NCBI GenBank assembly: GCA_965262615.1
Contig: OZ253545.1
Coordinates: 1,248,001 to 1,312,000, forward strand
Length of the DNA: 64,000 nucleotides
DNA from: Alphaproteobacteria bacterium
GTDB taxonomy: Bacteria; Pseudomonadota; Alphaproteobacteria; GM7ARS4; G965262615
Direction: 5' to 3'
Shown here piece after piece: positions 39,701 through 43,662 of the stretch. Numbering within the stretch: the first letter of the stretch is position 1; each line of letters begins with the position of its first letter. Both the position numbers and the translations under genes were made by a program. Under the pieces are notes generated by a model. It had not been told where the DNA came from. It made no database searches and saw nothing but the letters and a program-made list of their open reading frames with translations.

Positions 39701-42700
39701 GATCGGAAAGATCATAACTGGCTGGCAGATTAATCTCAATCACGGGCGCATCGCTCGTCCCATTAAAGCGCACAGCAGAAGATAATGTCACAGCATTGAA
39801 ATCACCGTCCAAATAAAGACGCAAAGTCGCCCCTGCATTCACGGTAAATGTCTCCAACCCACTTAATGTCACACCATCAGAGCCAGCCGTGGCATTGCCC
39901 CAAACCAGCGTGCCATTATGAATGACGGAATCAGAGCCACCGCCCAAAGTAGAACTTTGCGTCATATTCCACAAACCGCCCGAGGCAATCGTCACGGTCT
40001 CATTGCCCGAGCCCCCCGTGATGCCGCCCGTCACAATGGCATTGGAACTAATATTCACGGCACTGTTGCCGCCAAAATTCGTGCTGGCATAGATGGACTG
40101 AGATGTCACGCGAGAGCCACTGTTGAAATTGACGGTGGCGGTTTTGCCCGAGCCCCCTTGAACGGAAACGGCAACATCAGGAACATTGATGGTCGCCGTG
40201 TTGGTGATGGTCACGCTGGCAGACGCTGATGTACGAGGCATCAGTACCAAAATACCCACCATGCCTGTGGCTTGAGTGGTGTGATTCAATTGAATCGTCC
40301 CCCCATTGGCAATGGTGATGTTCCCCGTGCCTGTGTGGCTTGCCACAATGCCGCGATGATTTGCGCCACAGGTCGCCGTGCACGCAGAAGAAAAACCAAT
40401 GGTGGCAGCCGAATTGTTGGTCACCGAAAGAGTGCCCGTCCCCGTTGCGATGGCATGAATGCCTTCAAGAAATAATTCATACTGACCATCGCGCTCAGCC
40501 GCAAGCACCAAATTGGCGGAATTGGCAACAGTCACGCCACTGCCTCCTTTCACATACAGTGCCGCACGACCACGATGGCGAACCTGAACATTAGTTGTCG
40601 TGCCTGTGGTTTGATGATTGACCGTCAGATTGCCCGTCACCCGAGAACCGTTACGCTCGCCATCAATGGTCACACCGTGTCCTAAACCAACGAAATTGAC
40701 AACATTCTCGCCGACACGATTGATCACAACCGTGAGATCACCATCGTGAATACCATCTCGCAAAGACGCAATATCTTGAAACAAACGACGCGCATTGATG
40801 CCACGACCAATTTCACTAAAATCGCCTCCCGTACAAGTGAGGGTATTGGAGGCAAAAGAGCAATTCATGGTAGAAGGGGTGTTATTAAATCCCACCATAT
40901 TGCTCCAACGAATTCTGAGGGCATTGAAACTGCTCTGCAGCTCAATGGTGCCTTCATATTCGGTGTTGCCGTCTGATGAGAAAATCCGCACTCTCTGTGC
41001 CATGTCCGTCAAATCAAAGGCGGCATTGGAGGCAACAGAGATGGCATTGATGAGAACGAAATACGATTGGTTGCCGATGGTGTACCCAGACGGCAAATGC
41101 ACATACAACGCCGTTGGATCTTTGCCCGCCTCTCCATTGATATTGATGCGCCCCGAAAGTGTCAGAGCGAAATCAAAAGCATTGCCCGTGCGACTCAGAT
41201 AGAGCTGCGTGGTGGAATCGGCATTGAGCGTCAATGTCTCCAAACCAGAAAATGTGACGCCTTTGGAGCCATTGGTGACATCCCCTAAAGTCAGCCAAGT
41301 GCCATCATTCACCGTGAAGCTGTCTGTGCCATTGCCAAAATTGAGAGTGCCATTGGCAATGGTGACTCTCCCACCATTGAGGGTCATGCTGTCATTGCCA
41401 CTGCCAAAATTGGATGTGCCATTGGCAATGGTGAGAGTGCCGCCACTCACCGTCATGGTGTCATTGCCAGCGCCAAAATTCAGAAGCCCTGAGGCACTGC
41501 CACCACTCATGGTCACAAACACCGAGCCCACAAAATTAGAATTGATGATTCGTGACGCTGTCACACTCCCTGCTGAAAGGGCGATGGTGGAAAAATTGAA
41601 AAAGGTGCCGCCATCCAATCTGATTGCATCACCGTTGCCCACATTAATGTTGCCCGAATTGCTGATGCTCACCACTCCACTGACACGCTGATCCACCCAT
41701 ATACCCCGATGATTGCTGCCACAGTTGGCGGTGCAATTGGATGCAAAACCGATGGCTTTTGTGTTGGTGATGGTCACACCGCCCGTCCCCGTTGAAATGG
41801 CATGAATGCCGCTCAATCCGCTGTTGTAATTTGTGCCAGAAAAAACCAAATCGCCACTATTGCTGATGGTAATTCCCGCCGCAGATTTAACATAGAGCGC
41901 AGCCCTGTTGCCACCTCGCACCTGCACATTGCGCGTCGCATTGCTGCTTGTTTGATTATTGACCGTCAGATTGCCCGTCACCCGCGAGCCTTCCATTGTG
42001 CCATCAATCGTCATGCCGTGCCTGTTGCCGGTGGCATTGATGGTGGTGTCGGTGACGCTATCAATGTTAATGGTGAGGTTGCCCGTGTGGGTGCCACCTT
42101 GCAGGGCGGTGATATCTTTGAAGAGAAGGCGGGCATTGATTCCCGTATTGAGTTCGGCGACTGAGCCTCCCGTGCAGGTGAGGGTATTGGATGCAAAGGA
42201 GCAGTCCATGCTAGAGGCGGTATTACTGATAGCGACCATATCGCTCCAACGGATTCTCAGATTGGTTCTGTTGGAGAGGGGCGATGCGACCATCTGAATG
42301 GCGCCCACATATTCGGTGTTGTCGTCTGCTGAGAAAATGAGCACTCGTGATTCCAAATCCGCCAGCCTCAGAGCGAGATTGGTGGAAACGGTCAAGCCAC
42401 TCATAAGGGTAAAATACCCTTCATTGCCGATGGTGTAGCCAGATGGCAGATACAAAAGCAATGATGCAGGCTCTTCGCCCACAGCGCCATTGAGAGCAAT
42501 GTTTCCAGAAAATGTCAGAGCGGAATCAAAAGCAGTTCCTGTGCGTGTCAGATAGAGTCGCATGGTTGCGCCGACATTGACATTGATTGTCTGCAGATTA
42601 GAAAATCGTGTTCCTTTAGAGCCATTGGTGGCATCTCCCAGTGTGAGCAATCCGCCATTGAGGGTGAGGGTATCGTTGCCGCCGCGAAAATTGGATTCTC

Positions 42701-43640
42701 CATTGACGAGGGTGAGATGACCGCCACTCAGTGTCACAGTGTCATTGCCGTTGGAAATATCAAAAAGCCCAGAGACGCTGCCGCCACTGATGACGGCGTT
42801 CACTCTGCCGCCAAAATTAGAATTGATAATTCGTGAAGCGGTGACGCGTCCATTAGCAAAGGTAACATTGGCGACACTGTTGTCAGCACCGCCTTCCAAA
42901 GTGACGGCGTTTGCTCCTGCCACATTGATATTGCCCGAATTGGTGACACTCAATGGTCCTCCGACACGCTGAATCAGCCAAATGGCGCTGTGATCAGAGC
43001 CGCAGTTGGCGGTGCAATTGGAAGCAAATCCGATGTTGCCGCTGTTGTTGATATTAATAACGAGGCTGGCGAGCGTTTCGGCGTGAATCCCTCGCAGACC
43101 GTTATTGTATCCGCCGCCACTTTTGGTGTCAAAGACGAGATTTGCGCTGTTATTGATATTCACATCTGAGGAGTTTCTCACATACAAAGCGGCTTGCGAT
43201 TCCCCCCGCACCTGCACATCTCTCTTGGTGGTGCTGTTGGTCTGATGATTGAGTGTGATGCCGAGCCTGATTCGTGTGCTCTGCAGCGAGCCATCAATGG
43301 TGATGCCATGCCCTGTGCCTGTGGTGTTGACGGTGGTATCAAAATCATTGAGATTGATGATGGCATTATCGGAGATGCCGGTGACGGATGCGGCGGAGAA
43401 AATAGTGCCGAGTGTGAGTCCGCCTGCGAGTTGAGCGGCGGTTCCGCCTGTGCAGGTGATGGTGTTATTGTTGTTGGCACACGCCAGAGCGGCGAGCGTG
43501 ACCGCATCGCCAGACGATGACCGCGCCTCAACAGACGCCGTCCCTAGAAGAAGCAAAAATGCAAACAAATGCACTAAAGACCACCTCCCCCACAACTCAC
43601 ACGACACCGTGCCCGCCTCACGACAGGACAAAGATGACAC
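9765..43640 (-). CDS. Giant modular autotransporter (type Va) adhesin-like protein, 11,291 aa, 24 passenger modules
   Basis: Uninterrupted 33.9-kb ORF. GTG start with signal peptide (..LLLLGTASVEA), G/T/N/S-rich beta-helix-like passenger, then a helical linker and ~300-aa barrel (IEPSF, PQVTLG, FDVGVGV, LNYQG, HSGTLQLFF-COOH). Confidence 0.9.
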   Translation of the reverse strand: MSSLSCREAGTVSCELWGRWSLVHLFAFLLLLGTASVEARSSSGDAVTLAALACANNNNTITCTGGTAAQLAGGLTLGTIFSAASVTGISDNAIINLNDFDTTVNTTGTGHGITIDGSLQSTRIRLGITLNHQTNSTTKRDVQVRGESQAALYVRNSSDVNINNSANLVFDTKSGGGYNNGLRGIHAETLASLVININNSGNIGFASNCTANCGSDHSAIWLIQRVGGPLSVTNSGNINVAGANAVTLEGGADNSVANVTFANGRVTASRIINSNFGGRVNAVISGGSVSGLFDISNGNDTVTLSGGHLTLVNGESNFRGGNDTLTLNGGLLTLGDATNGSKGTRFSNLQTINVNVGATMRLYLTRTGTAFDSALTFSGNIALNGAVGEEPASLLLYLPSGYTIGNEGYFTLMSGLTVSTNLALRLADLESRVLIFSADDNTEYVGAIQMVASPLSNRTNLRIRWSDMVAISNTASSMDCSFASNTLTCTGGSVAELNTGINARLLFKDITALQGGTHTGNLTINIDSVTDTTINATGNRHGMTIDGTMEGSRVTGNLTVNNQTSSNATRNVQVRGGNRAALYVKSAAGITISNSGDLVFSGTNYNSGLSGIHAISTGTGGVTITNTKAIGFASNCTANCGSNHRGIWVDQRVSGVVSISNSGNINVGNGDAIRLDGGTFFNFSTIALSAGSVTASRIINSNFVGSVFVTMSGGSASGLLNFGAGNDTMTVSGGTLTIANGTSNFGSGNDSMTLNGGRVTIANGTLNFGNGTDSFTVNDGTWLTLGDVTNGSKGVTFSGLETLTLNADSTTQLYLSRTGNAFDFALTLSGRININGEAGKDPTALYVHLPSGYTIGNQSYFVLINAISVASNAAFDLTDMAQRVRIFSSDGNTEYEGTIELQSSFNALRIRWSNMVGFNNTPSTMNCSFASNTLTCTGGDFSEIGRGINARRLFQDIASLRDGIHDGDLTVVINRVGENVVNFVGLGHGVTIDGERNGSRVTGNLTVNHQTTGTTTNVQVRHRGRAALYVKGGSGVTVANSANLVLAAERDGQYELFLEGIHAIATGTGTLSVTNNSAATIGFSSACTATCGANHRGIVASHTGTGNITIANGGTIQLNHTTQATGMVGILVLMPRTSASASVTITNTATINVPDVAVSVQGGSGKTATVNFNSGSRVTSQSIYASTNFGGNSAVNISSNAIVTGGITGGSGNETVTIASGGLWNMTQSSTLGGGSDSVIHNGTLVWGNATAGSDGVTLSGLETFTVNAGATLRLYLDGDFNAVTLSSAVRFNGTSDAPVIEINLPASYDLSDRAAFDLIDTGSGSLTIASLAALNAKVSIRRGGINLSGIVTLSEDGENLQVSFEDLYAPTTNSTLSCSYSVPTLTCTGRSDSNVTEGIDLRRLFASSPSLLRRGVRSGELIVILHSFGAIVNAVGTGHGITLDGTILGSRVTGNLTVNHQTTGTRHEVWVQGTNRAALYVKSQMGVSVTNGGSLRFVGSPFRSGLRGMEVISAGTGSVSITNTGAIGFGGFCPDISQCNDNHRGILVNHGGSGSVSITNSADINVGQGAVVALTGGEAADTATINFTSGTVTASEIINSTFTGDVTVTVSGGSATGRVTLAGGSDSVTVNGGTLTLANGTSAFGGGTDSLTVNSGGTLIVGDASNGSKGVTVTGLETFTVNANTTMGLYLSRTASVFDTAMTLSGRVNVNSTVGQDPTALHVYLPSGYSVSDQNYFTLLSAAALVPNSVFDLADLASQVRIFAADGTEYVGFVELGITSTNAIPTALTMRWSNMAVVNNTASTMTCGLASTTLTCTGGNASELGTGIDARRLFQDITSLQDGVHTGDLTVTINNVTDTTINSDGTGHGVRIDGAREGSRVTGSLTVNHQTTGTKRDVQVRHRGQAGLYVKGRNAVTVVNGANVLFGSNAGRHESSLYGIHAIATGTGNLTVTNNSSATLGFSAACTVSCGQAHRGIAASHIGTGNISIVNSGDINVNATIGVIRMVGILAELSHPSSVASATISNSGSIKSHNIAIAVEGGSGKSANVTFASGSDVSASYIYWGEDLGGNSTVSIAGGANVQGGVRSGSGNDAVSVAANGTWRWDSLISDFGSGTDSVTNRGTVHFGMRTRPAGNLIIRGLESFTAESGSIVRFYLGRDFNALRLSSAVRFNGTGSNAPVIEIHLPASYDLSDRTAFDLIDTGSGSLTIASLSDLDAKVKVLRGAVTYRGRFVLREDGENLQVSWTGLFASVPASTLDCSYSVPTLTCTGGSADELAGGLRMDRMFADVSELAAEGLRSGNLTVTLHSFTSAVNTSGTGHGITLDGTVAGSRVTGSMTVNHQTTGTKQDVSVRGANKAALYVKSAAGVSVTNGGNLVFAGTPYNNGLRGIEATSAGTGNVTINNSATIGFASTCTTNCGSNHRGILVSHGGSGTVSISNSGDINVGSGAAIALTGGTSSTAATIRLTSGTVTANELINSDFAGNITMTMNGGSATGRITLGSGNDTVTVNGGTLTLANGISAFGGGTDSMTLSGGTLIVGDASNGSKGVTVTGLETFTVNANTTMGLYLSRTASVFDTAMTLSGRVNVNAAVGQDPTALHVYLPSGYSMSDQNYFTLLSAAALVPNSVFDLADLASQVRLFSSDGSTEYVGFIELGVTTTNSIPTALTMRWSNMAVVNNTASTMSCNLASTTLTCTGGNASELNSGINARRLFQDITSLQDGVHTGNLTVTINNVTDTTINSDGTGHGVRIDGAREGSRVTGSLAVNHQTTGTKRTVQVSHRGQAGLYVKGRSGVTVVNGANVQFATNNNRYASSLYGIYAIATGTGNLTVTNNFATTIGFSAACTANCGTNHRGIAASHIGTGDIDIVNAGVIRVSNTVNAVGMVGILAELPSSSATASVSIDNTGIIEARDIAINVVGGTGKTATLSFNNGSRTSALVAYWSQQFGGNSTVNIGSYAVVTGGIMGGTGNESVSVFANGSWTINYNSSFGSGTDSITNRGIMAIGSSTQVSRYISITGLETFTMAANSTLRLYLDSLFGKVDISGTVTFNGSNDRDAPILELFLPAGYDSGSRSAFTLIDASAIVLQSTLTFSELARRLVVRSRDGTVYDGDFTLSRATGGQLQLAWGTIGEALNCRLVGSAITCSGGSASSFEFVGGFDLDDIFRKISSLSSGVFTGDLTVNLGSATESLAATVNTAGTGHGIELDGTVTDSRVTGSMTVNNQTAPATKRDIQVRGTNKAALYVKSAAGVTITNGGNLVFSGTPYNNGLRGIEAISAGTGNVNVTNNSGSQIGFASACTTNCGTSHQGIFINHAGSGTVSITNSGTINLTGSGTAAHGIQVSAGTATEAVTISNTGTINVAGAAMSLTGGASADTATINLTSGTVTASEIINSDFAGNVTVTMNGGNATGRITLGGGNDTVTVNGGTMTLTNGTSAFGGGTDSMTLSGGTLIVGDASNGSKGVTVTGLETFTVNANTTMGLYLSRTGNVFDTAMTLSGRVNVNAAVGQDPTALHVYLPSGYSISDQNYFTLISATALVPNSVFDLADLASQVRIFAADGTEYVGFVELGVTTTNAIPTALTLRWSNMAVVNNTASTMTCALASTTLTCTGGNASELGTGINARRLFQDITSLQDGVHTGNLTVTINNVTDTTINSDGTGHGVRIDGAREGSRVTGSLTVNHQTTGTPRTVQVRHRGQAGLYVKGRNAVTVVNGANLMFATNAGRHESSLYGIHAIATGTGNLTVTNNSSATLGFSAACTVSCGTSHRGIAASHIGTGNISIVNSGDINVNATIGVSRMVGILAELSHPSSVASATISNSGSISSRNIAIAVEGGSGKSANVTFSSGSDVSATYIYWGEDLGGNSTVRIAGGANVQGGVRSGSGNDAVSVAANGTWRWDSLISDFGSGTDSVTNRGTVHFGMRTRPAGNLIIRGLESFTAESGSTVRFYLGRDFNAVKLSSAVRFNGTGSNAPVIEIHLPASYDLSDRTAFDLIDTGSGSLTIASLSDLDARVKVLRGAVTYRGRFVLREDGENLQVSWTGLFASVAASTLDCSYSVPTLTCTGGSASELSGGLTMDRMFADVSELAAEGLRSGNLTVTLHSFTSAVNTSGTGHGITLDGTVAGSQVTGSMTVNNQTASATKRDIQVRGANKAALYVKSSVGVTINNAASLVFKPRSSNTHSSELRGIEAISAGTGSVSITNSATIGFATNCTTNCGSNHRGILVNHGGSGTVSISNSGNINVGSGAAIALTGGSSTTVATIGLTSGTVTASEIINSSFAGNITMTMNGGSVSGRITLGGGNDTVTVNGGTLTLANGTSAFGGGTDSVTVNNNGTLIMGNSTNGSKGVTVTGLETFTVNANTTMGLYLSRTASVFDTAMTLSGRVNVNAAVGQDPTALHVYLPSGYSISDQNYFTLLSAAALVPNSVFDLADLASQVRLFSSDGSTEYVGFIELGVTTTNSIPTALTMSWSNMAVVNNTASTMSCALASTTLTCTGGNASELGTGIKARRLFQDVASLQDGVHTGNLTVTINNVTDTTINSDGTGHGVRIDGAREGSRVSGNLTVNHQTTGTKRTVQVSHRGQAGLYVKGRNAVTVTNGANVLFGTNAGRHESSLYGIHAIATGTGDLTVTNNFATTIGFSAACTANCGANHRGIVASHIGTGDIDIVNAGVIRVTNTVNAVGMVGILAELPSSSAAASVSIDNTGIIEARDIAINVVGGTGKTATIRFNGGSRVSSLMAYWSGQFGGNSTVTIASNAIVTGGITGGTGNETVTVASGGTWNINYSSSFGGGTDSITNRGIMAIGSSTQVSRYIGITGLETFTLAANSTLRLYLDSLFGKVDISGTVTFNGSSDRNAPILELFLPAGYDSGSRSAFTLIDASAIVLQSTLTFSELARRLIVRSHDGTVYDGDFTLSRATGGQLQLAWGTIGEALNCRLVGSAITCSGGSASSFEFVGGFDLDDIFRKISSLSSGVFTGDLTVNLGSATESLAATVNTAGTGHGIELDGTVTDSRVTGSMTVNNQTAPATKRDIQVRGANKAALYVKSAVGVTITNGGNLVFAGTPYNNGLRGIHGISAGTGSVSINNSATIGFASNCTTNCGSNHRGILVNHGGSGTVSITNSGNINVGSGAAVSLTGGSSTTAATIGLTSGTVTASEIINSSFAGNITMTMNGGGATGRITLGSGNDTVTVSGGTMTLTNGTSAFGGGTDSMTLSGGTLIMGNATNGSKGVTVTGLETFTVNANTTMGLYLSRTGSVFDTALTLSGRVNVNAAVGQDPTALHVYLPSGYSVADQNYFTLLSATALVPNSVFDLADLASQVRIFAADGTEYVGFVELGVTSTNAIPTALTLRWSNMAVVNNTASTMTCALASTTLTCTGGNASELGTGIKARRLFQDVASLQDGVHTGNLTVTINNVTDTTINSGGTGHGVRIDGAREGSRVSGSLTVNHQTTGTKRDVQVRHRGQAGLYVKGRSGVTVVNGANVQFATNNNRYASSLYGIYAIATGTGDLTVTNNFATTIGFSAACTANCGTNHRGIAASHIGTGDIDIVNAGVIRVSNTVNAVGMVGILAELPSSSAAASVSIVNTGTIEARDIAVNVVGGSGKTATIRFNGGSRVSSLMAYWSQQFGGNSTVGIASNATVTGGIMGGTGNETVTVASGGTWNINYSSSFGGGTDSITNRGIMAIGSSTQVSRYIGITGLETFTLAANSTLRLYLDSLFGKVDISGTVTFNGSNDRNAPILELFLPAGYTSGSRSAFTLIDASAIVLQSTLTFSELARRLVVRSHDGTVYDGDFTLSRATGGQLQLAWGTIGEALNCRLVSTAITCSGGSASSFEFVGGFDLDDIFRKISSLSSGVFTGNLTVNFGSATASLAATVNTAGTGHGIELDGTVTDSRVTGSMTVNNQTAPATKRDIQVRGANKAALYVKSSVGVSITNGGNLVFAGTPYNNGLRGIHGISAGTGNVSITNSATIGFATNCTTNCGSNHRGILVNHGGSGSVSITNSGNINVGSGAAIALTGGSSTTAATINLTSGTVTANEIINSTFSGNITMTMSGGSAMGRITLGGGNDTVTVNGGTLTLANGISAFGGGTDSLTVNNNGTLIMGNSTNGSKGVTVTGLETFTVNANTTMGLYLSRTASVFDTAMTLSGRVNVNAAVGQDPTALHVYLPSGYSISDQNYFTLLSATALVPNSVFDLADLASQVRIFAADGTEYVGFVELGVTSTNAIPTALTMRWSNMAVVNNTASTMSCNLASTTLTCTGGNASELNSGINARRLFQDITSLQDGVHTGNLTVTINNVTDTTINSGGTGHGVRIDGAREGSRVSGSLTVNHQTTGTKRTVRVSHRGQAGLYVKGRNAVTVTNGANVLFATNNSQYASSLYGIHAIATGTGDLTVTNNFATTIGFSAACTANCGANHRGIAASHIGTGDIDIVNAGVIRVSNTVNAVGMVGILAELPSSSAAASVSIDNTGIIEARDIAINVVGGTGKTATLSFNNGSRTSALIAYWSQQFGGNSTVNIGSYAIVTGGIMGGTGNESVSVFANGSWTINYNSSFGGGTDSITNRGIMAIGSSTQVSRYISITGLETFTLAANSTLRLYLDSLFGKVDISGTVTFNGSNDRNAPILELFLPAGYTSGSRSAFTLIDASAIVLQSTLTFSELARRLVVRSHDGTVYDGDFTLSRATGGQLQLAWGTIGEALNCRLVSTAITCSGGSASSFEFVDGFDLDDIFRKIDSLSSGVFTGDLTVNFGSSTASLAATVNTAGTGHGIELDGTVTDSRVTGSMTVNNQTASATKRDIQVRGTNKAALYVKSAAGVSVTNGGNLVFSGTPYNNGLRGIEAISAGTGSVSISNSATIGFATNCTTNCGTGHRGILVNHAGSGTVSITNSGTINLTGSGTASHGIQVSAGTATEAVTISNTGTINVAGAAVSLTGGEAADTATIRLTSGTVTASEIINSSFAGNITMTMNGGSATGRITLAGGSDSVTVSGGTMTLTNGTSAFGGGTDSMTLSGGTLIMGNSTNGSKGVTVTGLETFTVNANTTMGLYLSRTASVFDTAMTLSGRVNVNSTVGQDPTALHVYLPSGYSISDQNYFTLLSATAFVPNSVFDLADLASQVRLFSSDGSTEYVGFIELGVTSTNAIPTALTMRWSNMAVVNTTASTMTCALASTTLTCTGGNVSELNSGINARRLFQDITSLQDGVHTGNLTVTINNVTDTTINSDGTGHGVRIDGAREGSRVSGNLTVNHQTTGTKRDVQVRHRGQAGLYVKGRNAVTVVNGANVQFATNAGRHESSLYGIHAIATGTGNLTVTNNSSATLGFSATCTVSCGQAHRGIAASHIGTGNISIVNSGDINVNATIGVIRMVGILAELSHPSSVASATISNSGSINSRNIAIAVEGGSGKSANVTFASGSDVSATYIYWGEDLGGNSTVSIAGGANVQGGVRSGGGNDAVSVAANGTWRWDSLISDFGSGTDSVTNRGTVHFGMRTRSAGNLIIRGLESFTAESGSTVRFYLGRDFNAVKLSSAVRFNGTGSNAPVIEIHLPASYDLSDRTAFDLIDTGSGSLTIANLADLDARVKVLRGAVTYRGRFVLREDGENLQVSWTGLFASVAASTLDCSYSVPTLTCTGGSASELSGGLTMDRMFADVSELAAEGLRSGNLTVTLHSFTSAVNTSGTGHGITLDGTVAGSQVTGSLTVNHQTTGTRRDVSVRGANKAALYVKSAAGVTITNGGNLVFAGTPYNNGLRGIEAISAGTGSMTITNSATIGFATNCTTNCGSNHRGILVNHAGSGTVSITNSGTINLTGSGTDAHGIRVDAGTATAAVTISNTGTINVAGAAMSLTGGASADTATINLTSGTVTASEIINSDFSGNVTVTINGGSVLGRITLGGGSDTVTVNGGTMTLTNGTSAFGSGTDSLTVNNNGTLIMGNATNGSDGVTISGLENFNLNANSRLRLYMDSNFNALTIAGTVTLAGGAATTPIIELHLPSGYVVADKNAFAIIDSTTLTLSGITLAHLQERVVIQKGIVTYEGTITLTEVSEELRIAWSDLIARLYCTRTGNTIDCMGGTDSDFASGLTLATIFGKVNVTGSSLAGNLILNLNNLGAHVNATGTGHGITLDGTVTGSRVTGNITLNHQTTTAANARKEVQVRGANQAALYVKSSVGVSINNAASLVFKSGTGNTHSSGLRGIEAISAGTGSVSITNSATIGFATNCTTNCGTSHRGIFVNHAGSGTVSITNSGTINLTSSGTAAHGIQVSAGTATEAMTISNTGTINVAGAAVSLTGGASADTATINLTSGTVTASEIINSSFAGNITMTMSGGSAMGRITLGGGNDTVTVNGGTMTLTNGTSAFGGGTDSVTVNSGGTLIVGDATNGSKGVTVTGLNSFTLNAGSSLRLYLTRTNNNFDIALTLPSAITINGTTSSDAPIIAIYLPRGITLGDESAFTLIDGTDLSLASTLTFAELAARVRIYTHNGSRYSGTVTLSEGSADNLQIAWQNLTRQIITSSMNCITNDSGATVTCSGGDTTHDEFLYGMDATDIFRSVNALQSGTRNGDFSLTLLNLAGTVNTNGTDHAIMIDGSKTGSRVTGSITVNLNVTGTKQDVSVRGTNKAALYVKSAVGVTITNGGNLMFAGTPYNNGIRGIEAISASTGNVSINNNTGTTIGFSSSCSSNCGTGHRGILVNHAGSGTVSVSNAGSINLTGSGTASHGIRVEAGTATEAVTISNTGTINVSGAAVSLTGGEAADTATINFTSGTVTANEIINSDFAGNVTVTINGGSASGRITLGGGSDTVTIGQSATLTTSSGAMNFGGGTDAFDLAGTWVRGGSSGSSHDVTVTALETFHYRATSTLRLYVKKGEGTSCAANAYCFVDMSGGRHILYGTSSAAPSFDLVFAASDTTAAATIDLYRFPVLGSNGLSFSGITERQVRGFATRDSSISSNVAISGRIYAFQWNHTSGGAVLQLQWKATPTATNTQCSAALSCTITSASRFDLEEAFTYRNVSGNNRHIIFADAAIAITRIDASANNQSAMIYNDALFFDGDALGSLVMGDLAIRIGQNSAVNNRQGAISQLVVRGDSDSTIESIVRVRHGMDVDVRLGSAQAGTALELLFGSHNGTNFYNNTAAIYVESTAGGKVVIRTDDRNKDVARIGFADTHACTQTSKGCANRGNGHYAIYVDASRAVSDIDVEIGSDTVIDVMGNFADNANRNAAFYVVGGAHNHTVDIVNRGTIVSSNAIYHATGTGNVVANFEHYGTLHMGGRGVVSNDISLSGLDVMRWHPQSRLHFYLQGSGTNLADNTRRHDFALQLIDSSLAVPTITVHTPATFALQSGNQSFVLWRVSSVALGSGSNRASLGALLTAMGDQLDDDVLFASDAPKGSLGVRANFSLTAVNSSVAGYQDLTLSWSDMRFHYDASALTCRLVGNALTCEATTASAAAIAELQGGLNLGRMFAAVGQSLADGTHSGDLTLSLPQLINVAQNQYSINYGATATHSGHGIIVDGTSPGSAVTGDLTFNYNAGQARHMYVFGSSATTVSGDVGAAAIYARSQKALAITIANNHEIRMTTPGQTSGTTLNRLVGIYAESISTGNDAIAITTANGTIGYVSGASSFGNNTRGIFVKRAGSGVITINSGVGVIDVGTHSGSHAFYLDVGSTTAAITIANTGGVRAGGDIIHLKPVDSNNRANAAVTFTHTGGGSGNQISGGMSVGDGNDTITIGAANTNYTDATAPRASLTSLDLGGGTNTLTNYGILTLNGGGTYNFDRDNASDSVITNYGTVRLGQASSNQALKSLTISGLNYFNVRANSTVVLGLNGLTSTAPSTAPSYKVRFYATRNGNDAPFININLPSGTISQRTHATQTAFTIWSTGGIERATPSGTVPTQAEMLQLLASRLQLFSGSQQWNAVFTLSVSGNLLQLAWSQLSIVLEESGFDCSSNYSVNNLVCVADANTSDSDRANGMQMGRLFRQAHLNVASRPFVSGNHLGNLTVTLFDLGGVINNSGDDHGITLDGTLDGSFVSGTMTVNHQTTGTKNNVLVRGANKAALYVKSAIGVTINNAASLVFKPLSDNTHNSGLRGIEAISAGTGNVSINNNTGTTIGFATDCSSNCGTSHRGILVNHAGSGTVSVSNAGVINLTGSGTAAHGIRVEAGTATAAVMVANTGNINVSGAAVSLTGGASNDTATINFTSGTVTANEIINSDFSGNVTMTMAGGTATGRITTGGGSDTVTVNGGTMTLTNGTSAFGGGTDSLTVNNNGTLIMGNATSGSDGVMLSGLENFNLNAGSTLQLYLTRNTAAGAGNQLFRAVAIGSGATITLALLDELRVYLPSDFSLDSSGHQTLAAPFNLLSGSTASATDAVLRGLNKTVSIFPNDARIKMYNASGRLLRADTITLAVSGGHITMTWSNLNSGANPTTLNCRFVAASSLMLCEGSANDAAERGEGLNMDRFFASITDRDDLSKNAHYNGDLTVELRNMSGVINGVNSAGHGITIDGTMAGSRVTGSVTVNNQTASATKHDVQVRGAGKAALYVKSSVGVTITNGGNLVFAGAPYRNGLRGIEATSAGTGNVSVNNNSGTTIGFISSCSSNCGTGHRGILVNHGGSGTVTITNSGNINVGSGAAIALTGGSSTTAATINLTSGTVTANEIINSTFSGNITMTINGGSVMGRITLGGGNDTVTIGQSTTLTTSSGVMNFGDGRDRLISHGEMILGSRSVAVKDVPFVSLEDWHIRQGATMDIYMNSGNIALANQTVQGITMSDTTVTMELNDDGRLPFTKVYLTDVERFFGGQATRRLSFASTEPFLKAARAVVITNQAGNTVTEGRLDILKRWVQSIRFITKDGRQYRGRLSGALDESQGLNFALENMNSFDFLLLGDRDGDGISDLKERETHIARSLNRLSESPSLSDSLYDFLESLYTYLEARVTDNGRLEDAEKRLDVYGNDLSSLAGTIYASLVQANWFAEQNFSRVVMKPSCGDVSAFAGQEKRLSWLKKQNGVVMCARSAISSSMLTRSNSEAAIGFTEHTPVGLEAMWDVALRPDLFVSLGGNYSYVNHTNEGGDSDASGHRLTFASSVHLSEYHMTQQRGYRLGMGIAGGYNLYQVQRQVFGDFYESSPSVGFVGVHGAGSYRYGWSADDYIEPSFSASIMQVLLAGTSESLQQKGVNGLDLDASLNVQDASHTYASLRGAVDMGMAYGAGAGNNVFLPQVTLGMTYLVTGQEIEVESQLTTASGEAVDVSYQDEGSPIFFDVGVGVTLSLGQEVTGHLNYQGIFGMGGGAAQSHSGTLQLFF
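19850..38950 (-). repeat. Near-identical intragenic tandem repeat, seven ~2.65-2.75 kb two-module units
   Basis: Equivalent positions recur at about 22069, 24811, 27463, 30112, 32767, 35512 and 38155 (spacings 2742, 2652, 2649, 2655, 2745, 2643). Boundaries approximate. Confidence 0.92.
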
Positions 43641-43662
43641 TATAGGATGCTATTTCAAACGA

